The notes under the pieces: model-generated
Database searches by the model: none
What the model was told of the DNA's origin: nothing
What the model saw: the letters and a program-made list of their open reading frames with translations, nothing else
DNA from: an uncultured virus (IMG/VR IMGVR_UViG_3300025736_000017)
Lineage: Duplodnaviria > Heunggongvirae > Uroviricota > Caudoviricetes
Strand: one strand, 5' to 3'
Virus record (IMG/VR): IMGVR_UViG_3300025736_000017
DNA: 64,000 nucleotides
Shown: in pieces, positions 18,674 to 29,146 of the stretch
How the letters are laid out: every line of letters starts with the position of its first letter
Position numbering within the stretch: the first letter of the stretch is position 1
Position numbers and translations under genes: made by a program

Positions 18674-19794
18674 TTTTTATTCCTACAATTTATTTTATTT
18701 GCGATTATAATAGGATTAACTCTCCACTCATGTTCTAAATGAAGCGTCTCTCCTTTTTTGAAGAACTTCCTAAACAGCCTAATCTTTTTTGCATCTCTAT
18801 AATTAGTTTTAAGAGGAATGTTCTCCATGTCGTAATATTCCACAAAATTAGATATTATCCCTTCATGCTCATTACAAAGACCTATCTCGAAAATTCCTGG
18901 CTCAACTACAATAATGTCTATATAAACTTTCTTTTTATGAGGCAATGCTAGAAACTTTCTTCCTTTTAAAACATCTGCTACGTCCGCAAAACACCACTTT
19001 CTATTCGTATGAAATTTTTCTCCATCACACAAGTCTCTTATATTATAATCGGAATTATTAACCTTTATATCTATGGAAGCGTCTTTCGTCAAATCCTTAG
19101 ATATATTGAAGTATTTAGAGAATATGTTAAGCAAATCGCTATCAACAGTTTTTACTCCTAGCCGATTAATCCCTGCTATATTCCTTTTATAATCCGTCCC
19201 TCTATGAGGATGCATGTGTATAGCCTTAATAGGCTTCTGACTGTTGTTATATCTCTTCTCAAACCCAGTCGCTCCTACATTATATGACCCATCAATTCTA
19301 GTAACTCTATTTTTAAATTTTTCTTCTTTAAAGACGAGTTTGATAATAGGTTCTTCTTTTCTAGACTTCTCTTGTTTAATACGCTCTGTAATCCTCACAA
19401 ATACGTCCTTAGAGGTTGGTCTAAGAAACACGCTACCTCCCTGCCATCTGCCTATATATCTAGTCATACCAACGTCAGAAATATCTTCAGGGAACTCGAA
19501 CCGATGAGTCTGCCATAAATCTAGATCATGTAACCATGCGTTTTCAGTTATCAAACCAGCATTAAATAATTCAACCATCGCAAACACTTTGCTACCAGTT
19601 AAACAAAAATCGCAATCAATATTTAAAACAATAGATTCTACCCCTCTATAAGAATAAGAGAAATTCGTTGCAAAAATGATATCCTTTTTATCCCAACCTA
19701 ATAACAAACTGTTATCTATTTGACCATGAATATATTTCTTATAATGCTCTAAATGTTTGGGCGTTTTTAGATTACAAACTATTATATTTTTCAT
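18670..19794 (-). CDS. Putative GT-A glycosyltransferase
   Basis: WLHDLD DxD motif, YNVG, HMHP; cluster context. Confidence 0.5.
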   Translation of the reverse strand: MKNIIVCNLKTPKHLEHYKKYIHGQIDNSLLLGWDKKDIIFATNFSYSYRGVESIVLNIDCDFCLTGSKVFAMVELFNAGLITENAWLHDLDLWQTHRFEFPEDISDVGMTRYIGRWQGGSVFLRPTSKDVFVRITERIKQEKSRKEEPIIKLVFKEEKFKNRVTRIDGSYNVGATGFEKRYNNSQKPIKAIHMHPHRGTDYKRNIAGINRLGVKTVDSDLLNIFSKYFNISKDLTKDASIDIKVNNSDYNIRDLCDGEKFHTNRKWCFADVADVLKGRKFLALPHKKKVYIDIIVVEPGIFEIGLCNEHEGIISNFVEYYDMENIPLKTNYRDAKKIRLFRKFFKKGETLHLEHEWRVNPIIIANKINCRNKK

Positions 19795-20864
19795 GCTTTT
19801 ATATCAATAAATCTAATCAATTTGTTTATGACATACTCTGATGTGAAAAACTTAGAATAAAGTAAACTGTTTTCTCCCATCTTTTTTATTTGCTCTCTAT
19901 GCTCTATTAAAGAAACAATATGCTTATGAAAGTCTTTTTGAGACTTACACAAAAATCCGTTATTCCCATGTACAACTTGATCTTTATTCCCACCCTTATT
20001 AGTCGCAAGTATAGGACATCCACTAGCTATAGCTTCAGCCACAGATCTCGACCACGGCTCTTCCCTCTTCCAAGAAACAAAAAAAAGAAAAATATCTATA
20101 TCCTGCAAATATTTAGGAACAGGAATAGAAAATGTATCTCTTATAGTCACATTAGCAATCTTCTTCAACTCTTCTTTATCTCTTTTGGGAATCCCCATAA
20201 AATCCCACTCGATCTCATTCTCATATCTTTTATTTATCTCTTTTATTAACTTAACATTGTCAACATCAAACTTAGACTCAGAACCTATAGAATGCCTACC
20301 AATTCTTATCTTATCACAAGGATTTTTAGGAAGTCGTATTTTTTTAGTGTTTATAGGACTCTCTATCATCATACGAGGTAAATCCCTTATCATCTCATAT
20401 CTGTCCTGCTTACTAATCTCATCAAAGAATTTACGATTTGCAACTAAAATTCTAACGTCAACACCTTTTTCCGCAATAGTATATAAGTGCCTTGATGGAC
20501 TTACTATAAAATTATAAAGAAATGTCATTTGAGACATTCGAGACAAATCAATTTTAACAGAATGTCTAGTTGATTTACCTTCCCAATAATCTAACGTAGA
20601 AAACTCTTTACAATCAGTGTTAATGATTACAAGAGAATCAACTTCATATAAGTATTTGAGATTGTCTGGTTCGGGTAGTAAAACATTTTCAATTACAATA
20701 ACTTCATGATTCTTGTATTCATGCAAACTTTTAGGCATGTTTTTTTCGCATAAAATTATAGGCGAATGCTCAGTATATTTAGAAATAGCGTTAGCAAGCT
20801 CTATGCATCTTATCTCAGATCCACCACACATTTCAAACTTAGAAAAAATCCCTATTGTACTCAA
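19791..20864 (-). CDS. GT4-family glycosyltransferase
   Basis: GGSE, EPWSRSVAEAIASGCPILATNKGG, HGNNGFL. Confidence 0.85.
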   Translation of the reverse strand: MSTIGIFSKFEMCGGSEIRCIELANAISKYTEHSPIILCEKNMPKSLHEYKNHEVIVIENVLLPEPDNLKYLYEVDSLVIINTDCKEFSTLDYWEGKSTRHSVKIDLSRMSQMTFLYNFIVSPSRHLYTIAEKGVDVRILVANRKFFDEISKQDRYEMIRDLPRMMIESPINTKKIRLPKNPCDKIRIGRHSIGSESKFDVDNVKLIKEINKRYENEIEWDFMGIPKRDKEELKKIANVTIRDTFSIPVPKYLQDIDIFLFFVSWKREEPWSRSVAEAIASGCPILATNKGGNKDQVVHGNNGFLCKSQKDFHKHIVSLIEHREQIKKMGENSLLYSKFFTSEYVINKLIRFIDIKA

Positions 20865-21898
20865 AGCATACCACCTTCTACTTTCACTATTGTCTTATTG
20901 TTATTATATTTCAAAACTCCACCTACATAATACATCTCTATAGCTCGTATTATGTCAACATCTTTAATCATGTCCATACACTTAGGTATTTTTAGTTTAT
21001 CATTTATTTCTACAGGATAAAGACACAAGTCTTTAATATCTTTCTTGTCTCCATCTCCAACAGTTTGACATCTACTTTTCCAGCATCCACCGTTATCACA
21101 ACAATCCATTGCTCCGTTTGTAGATAGAAATCTGTGGTTTGGATATGCTTCCCATTGAGAGGGTTCTCTTCCACCTGCAATAACAACGCATGCTCTATTA
21201 ATGGGAGGATTGTTTTTCATTTCAATAGCAGCGGCTGCATGCATGGCAAACGTTACAGGACAAAGAACTCCAACAGAATGATAAATAAGACGTATAAACT
21301 GTCTCAAATCTGTTTTCCCTATTAAATCGACAACATTTTCCAGCTTGGGATGATAATGATCATCGGCGACTGCACCACATTGAACAAAAGTTATTCTATC
21401 TTTAAAATGATTGATAACATTTTGAACTGTTGTGGGCGAAGTCCATTTACAGGTGTAATCCATCTTACCACCAGCCATAACAATCCAAAAGTTATTTTTA
21501 ACGCCCATCTCCTCGACCTGAGAAATCCATCCTTTTTCATCATCGCCAATATGGATGTCTCCCTTAAACTTAGTCGGTTTGATATCAACGTCTAACTTAT
21601 CTTCTAAATCTTTACGATATCCATGAATAAAATGAAATTGACCTTCATTACTTTCATGGATTAATGGATAATCAACCTTAATATCTTCGACATCTTTATC
21701 ATTTTCTTTTAATTTGACAATATATGGGTTATTCTCCCACAACTCTCCAGCAGACGTTCTAGGATCTATACCTATTTCAGGATGAGATAAATATAGATCT
21801 CGAACAGCAGCAGTTAACATAACTATGTCACCAGGTGATTGACCATTACGTATGATAACTTTTCTTTTAATTTTCCTTTTAGTTTTTCTTTTAGCCAT
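20861..21898 (-). CDS. GT9 (ADP-heptose transferase-like) glycosyltransferase
   Basis: SPGDIVMLTAAVRDL, ENNPYI, DLIGKTDLRQ, MHAAAA. Confidence 0.8.
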   Translation of the reverse strand: MAKRKTKRKIKRKVIIRNGQSPGDIVMLTAAVRDLYLSHPEIGIDPRTSAGELWENNPYIVKLKENDKDVEDIKVDYPLIHESNEGQFHFIHGYRKDLEDKLDVDIKPTKFKGDIHIGDDEKGWISQVEEMGVKNNFWIVMAGGKMDYTCKWTSPTTVQNVINHFKDRITFVQCGAVADDHYHPKLENVVDLIGKTDLRQFIRLIYHSVGVLCPVTFAMHAAAAIEMKNNPPINRACVVIAGGREPSQWEAYPNHRFLSTNGAMDCCDNGGCWKSRCQTVGDGDKKDIKDLCLYPVEINDKLKIPKCMDMIKDVDIIRAIEMYYVGGVLKYNNNKTIVKVEGGML

Positions 21899-21914
21899 TT
21901 TCTCTATTATTCTA

Positions 21915-22358
21915 TTATATAATGATGTTTCCTTTTCCTTGTTCTAGTGCGTTTAAGGCTCCTGCTGGTGCAGTTACAATTTTATTTTCTGCTTCTTCTT
22001 GTCTTTGCTGCATTCTCTTTTTAATTTCTTCTACAGCCTTGCCAGCAAATTCATAATACTTGTCGAAAGCTACTTCAATTCTATTTACTCCAGGTATTTC
22101 GAATTTGATTTCTTGAGGTCCAGTAGGCGAAGGAATATGTACGACTCCAACAAAAATTGTTTTATCAGAGAAAGTCTGATCAGTAGTATCTTCATCATCT
22201 TCTACATCGAGTTTAACTGATCCACAAATTATAAAAACTTCGATTCTACGACCATCATCTGTTTGATAAACTTCTAACTTCCTCATAGGTACTTCAGCTA
22301 CTTCTTCTTTTACCACTTCTATCGTCTCTGTTACTTTTTCTGTCATTTTATTCTCCAA
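21915..22358 (-). CDS. Hypothetical acidic protein
   Basis: 147-aa ORF in operon. Confidence 0.65.
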   Translation of the reverse strand: MENKMTEKVTETIEVVKEEVAEVPMRKLEVYQTDDGRRIEVFIICGSVKLDVEDDEDTTDQTFSDKTIFVGVVHIPSPTGPQEIKFEIPGVNRIEVAFDKYYEFAGKAVEEIKKRMQQRQEEAENKIVTAPAGALNALEQGKGNIII

Positions 22359-22773
22359 TTATCTTGTTATAATTCTTACTGACTATCTCTTTTATCGACA
22401 AAAACAACGGTTCTGGTAAATCATTTATGTCAAACCATTTCCATTTTAAACATTTTGTTGGCTCCATAACTTTAGCTTCCCCAGAGTACTTTTTCGCTAC
22501 AAAAAAAGAACAAACATAATGTATATCTAAAGAAGGATAAATATCGTTTCTTGAGGTTACGAAGTGAATGTCGTCTATATCTAGATCTGTTTCTTCTTTT
22601 ACTTCTCTAACGCATGTATCAATCCAATCTTCCATGTGAGTTATTTTTCCACCTGGAAGTTGCCATTCGTTGTTGCCGTAACCAGGTTTAGCGATTCTGA
22701 CTCCAAGCAAAATCTGATTTGATTCGTTTAAGATGAAAATAGCTACACCAGCTTTGGCTACTCGTTCTTCCAT
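22348..22773 (-). CDS. Nudix hydrolase
   Basis: Nudix box LPGGKITHMEDWIDTCVREVKEETDL; MEPTKC..WKWF. Confidence 0.9.
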   Translation of the reverse strand: MEERVAKAGVAIFILNESNQILLGVRIAKPGYGNNEWQLPGGKITHMEDWIDTCVREVKEETDLDIDDIHFVTSRNDIYPSLDIHYVCSFFVAKKYSGEAKVMEPTKCLKWKWFDINDLPEPLFLSIKEIVSKNYNKIIGE

Positions 22774-22800
22774 TTTATCTCCTATCTTTTATCGACAAAA

Positions 22801-22973
22801 AAGGGAATTCGAATATAGAAGCCGAAGCAACTCAAAATAATGTAATTTTGGGTTGAATTTTCATTCTTGAGTTTTTATTTTTGACCCTTTGAGTTCTTAA
22901 GTTTGATTTTCAGAATCAAGGTCAAGTACAAGAATGTAAAAATTTCACTATTTTGTTCTATCCGAATTCCCTT
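22801..22973 (-). ncRNA. Candidate 173-nt rod-like structured RNA
   Basis: 11-bp perfect terminal inverted repeat plus nested complementary segments. Confidence 0.55.
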
Positions 22974-22984
22974 AATATTAAAAT

Positions 22985-23476
22985 TTAATATATTTCGTCA
23001 AGCACATCAACATCTATAGTAGTTGAATGGTTGTGCTTATCTATTTTTTCTTGAATATTATCAATCTCTTTACTTGTCTCAGAGACCCATCTTTCAACAT
23101 CATTAAAACGTATTTGAGATTCAAACTCCATTGGGTCAGAAGCTGCTGTATAAAATCTGTTACTATCTTTAATGGCTTTACCATGAGTAGTATCAATACC
23201 ATTTAAACATGATATGTACGATTTAAGCTCAGAAAGTTGAAATATATTAAAAATAATAGGACCATTTGCTTTATTGATTTCTGTTTTTAAAGTTATTAGA
23301 TTTGAAACTAGAGTTGCTTGTAATTCTAATAGTTCTTTAACATCAACCTCTTTTTCTGTTCCCTTCATAACACTATTTTTACTAGTAACAGTAGTTGTAA
23401 TAGTAGATATTTTTCCAACCAATCGATTTTTGTACTTCAACGCTCTTGCTAATGTAATTTCCATAATGTTCTCCAA
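22985..23476 (-). CDS. Coiled-coil protein resembling DIP1984/DUF6847-type family
   Basis: ITLARALKYKNRL, LKTEINKAN, IQEKIDKHNHSTTI. Confidence 0.6.
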   Translation of the reverse strand: MENIMEITLARALKYKNRLVGKISTITTTVTSKNSVMKGTEKEVDVKELLELQATLVSNLITLKTEINKANGPIIFNIFQLSELKSYISCLNGIDTTHGKAIKDSNRFYTAASDPMEFESQIRFNDVERWVSETSKEIDNIQEKIDKHNHSTTIDVDVLDEIY

Positions 23477-23515
23477 TAAAGTTTTCTATATTATACAAAA
23501 AATTTAGTCACAAAA

Positions 23516-24166
23516 CTAAAAATTCTCAACTGGGATCCTTTTTACAAAAACATTCTCAAATCCCATTTTATCTAAGATTTTCTTAGTCTTTTGATTTCTA
23601 ACCCAAATTCTATTAGCTTGTCTCAAATCTAACTGAGGAACGACGCATATAACCCTCCCAGAGTCGTTTGCTGCCCTCCTAAGCCATTTAGATCTATTCC
23701 AAGAGTATTTGAACACCCTTCTTTTATCTTGGCTTGTGGTCTCAAATCTATCATCGAATGAATTGTTGTATGCTGTCATGAGCCACCAATCAACATCCAT
23801 GAAAACGCATTCAATATTCTTGAAAGAGAAAAGAACCTGATTTGGAAATTCTCCCTTCTTTCTACTCGTATAACACTTTTTGTTGTTTTCTTTGTCAAAC
23901 CAACTGCTTAATGTCACTCTCCAATTGTCTGAATATCCAGTAGGATATAAATCATCGAGTGTCCCGCCAACAGCCATAAATAATGGATAAAAACCAACTT
24001 CATTTTTTAGCCAATTATTAGCTTTTATGTCCCACTCCCAAAGATCGTCATCACTAAGCCATCCATGAACATGACTATTGTTGAGCGTATGCTGATCTGC
24101 TGGCTTAAGGATATCATACCTAATAGTAGAAAGGTTAGTCGAATGATGAAAAAGTAACTTATCCAT
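23516..24166 (-). CDS. Hypothetical protein
   Basis: 216-aa ORF, LLFHHST start. Confidence 0.65.
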   Translation of the reverse strand: MDKLLFHHSTNLSTIRYDILKPADQHTLNNSHVHGWLSDDDLWEWDIKANNWLKNEVGFYPLFMAVGGTLDDLYPTGYSDNWRVTLSSWFDKENNKKCYTSRKKGEFPNQVLFSFKNIECVFMDVDWWLMTAYNNSFDDRFETTSQDKRRVFKYSWNRSKWLRRAANDSGRVICVVPQLDLRQANRIWVRNQKTKKILDKMGFENVFVKRIPVENF

Positions 24167-24452
24167 TCTTAAGCTTTTCTAATATTTGATTATAATCTAA
24201 AACAGGCTTATCTATTGCTGCAAGCTGCATGTTTAAATCTTCTTCTATCTCATCTTTTGTTGCTCCATGAGAAGGAATAGGATCTACCGAAATGAGATCT
24301 ACTTCATTTTCATTCAATTCGTCACTCTCGTCATTCTTGTAAAAAACTTCGTGAATGCCATACCAAACAAAATATTCAGAAGTAATGTCGCTTCCTTCTT
24401 TATGATTAGGATTTTTATCAGTATGTTTGAATAATCTATAATTCCAACCCAT
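24159..24452 (-). CDS. Hypothetical phage protein
   Basis: WNYR...YGIHEVFY...KPVL motif. Confidence 0.7.
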   Translation of the reverse strand: MGWNYRLFKHTDKNPNHKEGSDITSEYFVWYGIHEVFYKNDESDELNENEVDLISVDPIPSHGATKDEIEEDLNMQLAAIDKPVLDYNQILEKLKNG

Positions 24453-24682
24453 TATTCTTTCTCTCCTTCATCGAACATTCCATATTCAATATCATTTTCG
24501 CAGTTTTCAGCGGCGATTTTATCCCAGAAGAATTCTTGTTTGCAATTCCAACACATTAGCCCATCAGCATCGTGGCAAGGCTCGTTTCTATCTGCGTCCA
24601 TACGATAGAAATTTATAGATTCACAATTAGGACATTCGCATTCCATCTCTAAAATACTTGTTAAACATTTAAAATATTCCAT
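24452..24682 (-). CDS. Small Zn-finger protein
   Basis: CPNC...CWNC. Confidence 0.65.
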   Translation of the reverse strand: MEYFKCLTSILEMECECPNCESINFYRMDADRNEPCHDADGLMCWNCKQEFFWDKIAAENCENDIEYGMFDEGEKE

Positions 24683-25074
24683 TATTCTTCCTCTCCTTTT
24701 AAGTGTATAACTTCACAAAGCGTCATATTCTGTAGTCTCTCTACTATAAATCTTCTGTGACATTTCTCAAAATCTTCACAAGCACATAAAAGTAAACAAT
24801 CACTATCTCCTATCTTTTTCAATAGCTGCTTACAACCTTTATCCAAATTATATATCTTGATAGGCTTGCCATTTTTATAGTTGACATTACCAAGATTTGA
24901 GATATGGATATAATTCTTAAAGTGCTTCTTTAAGTTTTTTTTGCTCCAAAACGGATTAAAGCTATAAGGAGAATATCTAACATCAATGACAAAGATATTA
25001 CCAAGCTCTTCTACCTTAGTTTTAAACTCGTAAAACGACCATTCTTTGTAGCCGACACTATATATCTTTTTCAT
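24682..25074 (-). CDS. DUF488-family protein
   Basis: IYSVGY, IDVRYSPYS, LLLCACEDFEKCHR. Confidence 0.8.
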   Translation of the reverse strand: MKKIYSVGYKEWSFYEFKTKVEELGNIFVIDVRYSPYSFNPFWSKKNLKKHFKNYIHISNLGNVNYKNGKPIKIYNLDKGCKQLLKKIGDSDCLLLCACEDFEKCHRRFIVERLQNMTLCEVIHLKGEEE

Positions 25075-26747
25075 TTCTTGAGTGACATCTTATAGACAGT
25101 ATTATCTTTAGCAAACAAAACTTGATTACCGTTTTTATATAGAATCATGTTACCATCAATACTTGTATCGTCAACAACCTTAGTATCAGTAACTCCAAGC
25201 TTATTAACAAATAACTCTATATTTTCATCTTCATTTATGTGTACGCATATTCCATTATCAAGAACTACAAAATTTAATCCAGAATAAACGATATCATTCT
25301 TTATACTCAAATCATAAGATTGATGAGAAGAATCAAATCTAAAGATGAATTTATCGTATTTGCCCTTCTTTTGACCTATAATCATAAGGACTTTGTTAGA
25401 ATACTTAGCGTCAACTATCTTATATCCTACAAGCTCTTTTAAATGAGACTGTACGTGAGTCTTCGTCTCTGGGAACATAGAAGCATAACATGATCCTAAC
25501 AAGTTTTGTAAAACTACTCCATCATAAACATGTGTAGCTTTCTCCATGACATTCGCTACTCTCCATGGAGTTGCAATAACCATATTTTTAAACTCTTCTA
25601 ACCTAATCTCATATACATCTAAACCATTTTTTACATATACTCTTTCACCATATGACATTAACTGTTCAGCAGCAATTGTACTATCAATATCTTTACTCAT
25701 AGTTACATTGCGCAATTTTAAAAGACCATCTTCGATACGAGCAGTAACTACATGTCCCATTTTCGGAGTAGAACCAATAAAGACATTCGCTATCGGCGGG
25801 CGTTTCTTGTCATTAATGTATATGTTAGAATTAGTAATCGTAACTCTGTTTCCATCAATATATTTGCAATCAATAACAGCATGATCGTATTTCTGCAACT
25901 CTTCGATATCAAGATTATCACTACCTTTAACTGTATGGATAATAGGCTGAATGATAATGAGATCTTGAAACTGCCCTGGTGGAGGTAATCTCTTTCCATC
26001 TTCAAACATAGCTTTATACCATTCTCTATACGCTTGAGGAATTACATCAAAAGAAGCACAAAGTTTGGGTATCGATACAGAATTATTCAATACTGAAACA
26101 TTATTCATCATCCTATCATCAAGATTACTGAATTTAGGGTGTTTTCCCTTAAACGGGTGTATCCCAATAAACATTTGGAATGTGATAATACCAAATGAGA
26201 ACCAGTCCGTATTTTCACTGAATGAAGACGAATGTCTATCTCTAATACTCTCCATGATAGCAGTGGCATTATAACTTTTAGTTTTATAACTGTCAGTATC
26301 AATAAAGAAAATATTATTGAGTTGATCATTGAGAAGGAAGTTCATCTCGTTCAAATCAACGATTAGAATTTGTTTACTATGTACATGCTGTACACCATCA
26401 TATAGATTTTTAACTAAATCTCTTACGTTGCTAGGTTTTATATTGTTCTTTTTTTTGAATGTTTTTGTGAATATTTTGCAAAGAGATGTTGTATCTTTTA
26501 CATAACGCATCGTATAACCGATTGGGTTATTCTTGCTATCTAAAAGAACATGTTCGGGACGTATAATATTCGGAGAATCTAATACTGAAAGTTCTTGAAT
26601 TTTTGCGACAGGAATCATTTTCTTAGGGTCTAGGTAAATTTTGTACGCAGTCTTACCTTTAACAAAAATTTTGCCTTCGCCCCCTTGAGTCAAGTAATCA
26701 TTCTTTCCAATGCTAACCTGACCTTTACCTTTTTCAAAAACTTTCAT
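25071..26747 (-). CDS. Ser/Thr protein kinase with beta-rich C-terminus (TerY-P type)
   Basis: QGGEGKIF, AYKIY, HSKQILIVDLNEMNFL, FIDTDSY, DWFSF, GIHPFKG. Confidence 0.85.
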   Translation of the reverse strand: MKVFEKGKGQVSIGKNDYLTQGGEGKIFVKGKTAYKIYLDPKKMIPVAKIQELSVLDSPNIIRPEHVLLDSKNNPIGYTMRYVKDTTSLCKIFTKTFKKKNNIKPSNVRDLVKNLYDGVQHVHSKQILIVDLNEMNFLLNDQLNNIFFIDTDSYKTKSYNATAIMESIRDRHSSSFSENTDWFSFGIITFQMFIGIHPFKGKHPKFSNLDDRMMNNVSVLNNSVSIPKLCASFDVIPQAYREWYKAMFEDGKRLPPPGQFQDLIIIQPIIHTVKGSDNLDIEELQKYDHAVIDCKYIDGNRVTITNSNIYINDKKRPPIANVFIGSTPKMGHVVTARIEDGLLKLRNVTMSKDIDSTIAAEQLMSYGERVYVKNGLDVYEIRLEEFKNMVIATPWRVANVMEKATHVYDGVVLQNLLGSCYASMFPETKTHVQSHLKELVGYKIVDAKYSNKVLMIIGQKKGKYDKFIFRFDSSHQSYDLSIKNDIVYSGLNFVVLDNGICVHINEDENIELFVNKLGVTDTKVVDDTSIDGNMILYKNGNQVLFAKDNTVYKMSLKK

Positions 26748-26756
26748 TTTAAAACC

Positions 26757-27563
26757 TTATTCAACATTAATTACAGCGAGTGACAAGTCGTCTGAGTGAT
26801 ACCAGTTCTTGGCTTCACAACTTTTCTTAAAACGATTAAAGAGTCTATGAACGAAACATCCTTTTCTCCCTTTAATATCCAAAAGCTCTTTTATAACAGT
26901 AACATAATCAACTGCTTTTTTAGTCATTGACGTTTCTGTCTGTACTTGCTCGTAAAAAGAATGTATTCCATCAGACATAATAGCAATAAAAGAAATATCA
27001 TCAATACAATCCCTATATATCGAAGGAATGTGAGTATCAACACTATTAAACGTTGTTTCTTTTTCGCTAAGTTCTACAGTTTCTAATTTAGCACCTTTAT
27101 CAACTTCATCGAAAAACTTTCTTCTTTGAGTGTTAAGTTCATACGAGAGATACTGAGGATAAGCAGTTAAAAAAGACACAGATCTAATCCGAGTACTACC
27201 ATCTTTATATCCTATAACAGTTACTCCATCTCCATAACAACAAATCATACATCTTCCATCTTGAACTTTTGCCATTAATAAAGTCGCATCTAAAGCAGTT
27301 TCGTCTAAGTTCATTAGATTTGATACGTTTTTTGCGTTATTTATATAGATATTCCCCTCAAAAGATAAGCCACTAATTTTTGTTAACTCTCTCGCTTCTG
27401 TAGCTTTAACCAAAATCCTAGCTCCAATATCAGAATCAGTAGAACTAGAACATCCGTCAGCAAGAACAATTAGAGACATATCATAATAACTATCGTTAGC
27501 TATAGCGTAGTCTTCACAGACCTTATGCGTAGATCCGATATTAAATGAGCAATCAGAATTCAT
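26757..27563 (-). CDS. PP2C-family phosphatase
   Basis: GSTHKVCED, LADGCSS, GDG, MSDG, HSDDLS. Confidence 0.85.
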   Translation of the reverse strand: MNSDCSFNIGSTHKVCEDYAIANDSYYDMSLIVLADGCSSSTDSDIGARILVKATEARELTKISGLSFEGNIYINNAKNVSNLMNLDETALDATLLMAKVQDGRCMICCYGDGVTVIGYKDGSTRIRSVSFLTAYPQYLSYELNTQRRKFFDEVDKGAKLETVELSEKETTFNSVDTHIPSIYRDCIDDISFIAIMSDGIHSFYEQVQTETSMTKKAVDYVTVIKELLDIKGRKGCFVHRLFNRFKKSCEAKNWYHSDDLSLAVINVE

Positions 27564-27573
27564 TTTGATTCCC

Positions 27574-28335
27574 TTAGAAGTTCAAGAAACCGACTGAAGG
27601 CAACGGAGTCGAAGCAGAACCTGTACCGAGAGATTGTGATTGAGCACTGATGCTTTGAGTTATAAAAGCAGCAAGCTTAGCAAGACTTTTGGCATCAGCA
27701 TCCTTAATATCAATGAACTGAGATAAGCCACCTTTAGTCTTGAACTCGTCAAGTCTTGTTCCGATTTCTGGATACTGACCAACTCCAACGCCTACCAGAA
27801 TCGTTACGATAGATTCTAGGTTCTCTGCTCTCATCGCATCTTTCAAAGCGGTATTAACGCTAAGTTGAGTGAGAGAGGAACCATTGTCGCAACCATCAGT
27901 AAGAATAATGACAATGGAATTAACATCGTAACCATTTTGAGTTAAGTTCTGACCATAGCTGGAACTTGCAGCAATGGCGTTTTCAGATGCATCGAATAAA
28001 GATGTTCCACCATTACAATGCAAAATACCGTCATAATCGTTTTCGTTACATTCATCCAACAATTTAAATCCATGAATTTCATGTATACTTGTATTGAAAC
28101 CAACAAGACGAATCATGAGATTATCTGCTCTTGGAGAAAACTTACATGATTTAATAACTTCTTTCAAGCATGCTTCCATTTCGTCTTTGAAACCGCAGAC
28201 ACTTCCGCTTATGTCTTGTACGATTGTGACAAGAGTATATTCGGCTGCTCCCAAGTCTTCGAGACTTACGGCAGAGTAACCATAAGAGCCTGTAGTGAGA
28301 TTGTGATCAACTAGTCCATCATTTAGTTTAGGCAT
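27574..28335 (-). CDS. vWA domain protein (TerY-like)
   Basis: DISGSV MIDAS, GGTSLFDA, ILTDG. Confidence 0.85.
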   Translation of the reverse strand: MPKLNDGLVDHNLTTGSYGYSAVSLEDLGAAEYTLVTIVQDISGSVCGFKDEMEACLKEVIKSCKFSPRADNLMIRLVGFNTSIHEIHGFKLLDECNENDYDGILHCNGGTSLFDASENAIAASSSYGQNLTQNGYDVNSIVIILTDGCDNGSSLTQLSVNTALKDAMRAENLESIVTILVGVGVGQYPEIGTRLDEFKTKGGLSQFIDIKDADAKSLAKLAAFITQSISAQSQSLGTGSASTPLPSVGFLNF

Positions 28336-28345
28336 TGTATTTTCC

Positions 28346-29146
28346 TTATTTTAGAACTTCTGTAGTGGTAGAAAGCTGCATGCCTTTAGCTTGCATTTCT
28401 TTAATGAAATCGTCTTGAAGATTTTCGAAACCTGGGACAGGACTCGTAGCGTCAGTTATCAGAATGATTTTTTTGATGCATGAATCGTCTCCGAAGCTAT
28501 TTGCGATGTCTCGAAGTGTATTGGCGAGACAATGAGAACCAGCTTCGCCTAAAGCTATAATGATATCAGCCTTTTCCAGAGTGTCGATTAAACTAGTATT
28601 GATCTGAGTGCCAGGATCTTGAGGATCAACCACATCTGCAACGACAGCACTGTAATGTTCTGTATAAACGTTACTACCTTTTGTAACGTAATCGACCATT
28701 GCCGTTTGAGTTACTTCCCATTCGGTTAATACATCGAACAGTTCTGGGACTACAGCGTGATATTTACTGCCGATAATACAATGAGGAGGCCAGATACAAA
28801 GAGGATATTTCTTGTTAGCTTCAAGTGCCCTGACGTATTCTAACGATCTTTTATAGAGACTACTAACAGTAGGAGTCCATACGCCATTTTCAACGTCAGA
28901 AGCAGAGATGATGGTGAAAGGATCAGGATTTTTACCGCTGGTGTCCTTCCAATATATAGGATGTGCAACATCAAAGTTGTGGTGAGAGTCAAGAGTGACG
29001 TGAATGTCATCTATTCTTGGCATGATTCGTTTTATCATCTTAGCAGCACGACTCATATCATCATCGGCTCCAGGCACGAATAACGCTCCATTAGGGTTAC
29101 AAAAATCTTCTTGTGGATCGATTAAGAGAACTTCTACTCTAGACAT
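28346..29146 (-). CDS. Nicotinamidase/isochorismatase-family hydrolase
   Basis: LLIDPQEDFC, TLDSH, WPPHC, TKG, GEAGSHC. Confidence 0.85.
   Translation of the reverse strand: MSRVEVLLIDPQEDFCNPNGALFVPGADDDMSRAAKMIKRIMPRIDDIHVTLDSHHNFDVAHPIYWKDTSGKNPDPFTIISASDVENGVWTPTVSSLYKRSLEYVRALEANKKYPLCIWPPHCIIGSKYHAVVPELFDVLTEWEVTQTAMVDYVTKGSNVYTEHYSAVVADVVDPQDPGTQINTSLIDTLEKADIIIALGEAGSHCLANTLRDIANSFGDDSCIKKIILITDATSPVPGFENLQDDFIKEMQAKGMQLSTTTEVLK

Noticed and set aside
22388..22801. 17-bp repeat TCTTTTATCGACAAAAA upstream of and inside the Nudix gene
   Set aside because: AT-rich and one copy is internal to the CDS; cannot distinguish from chance
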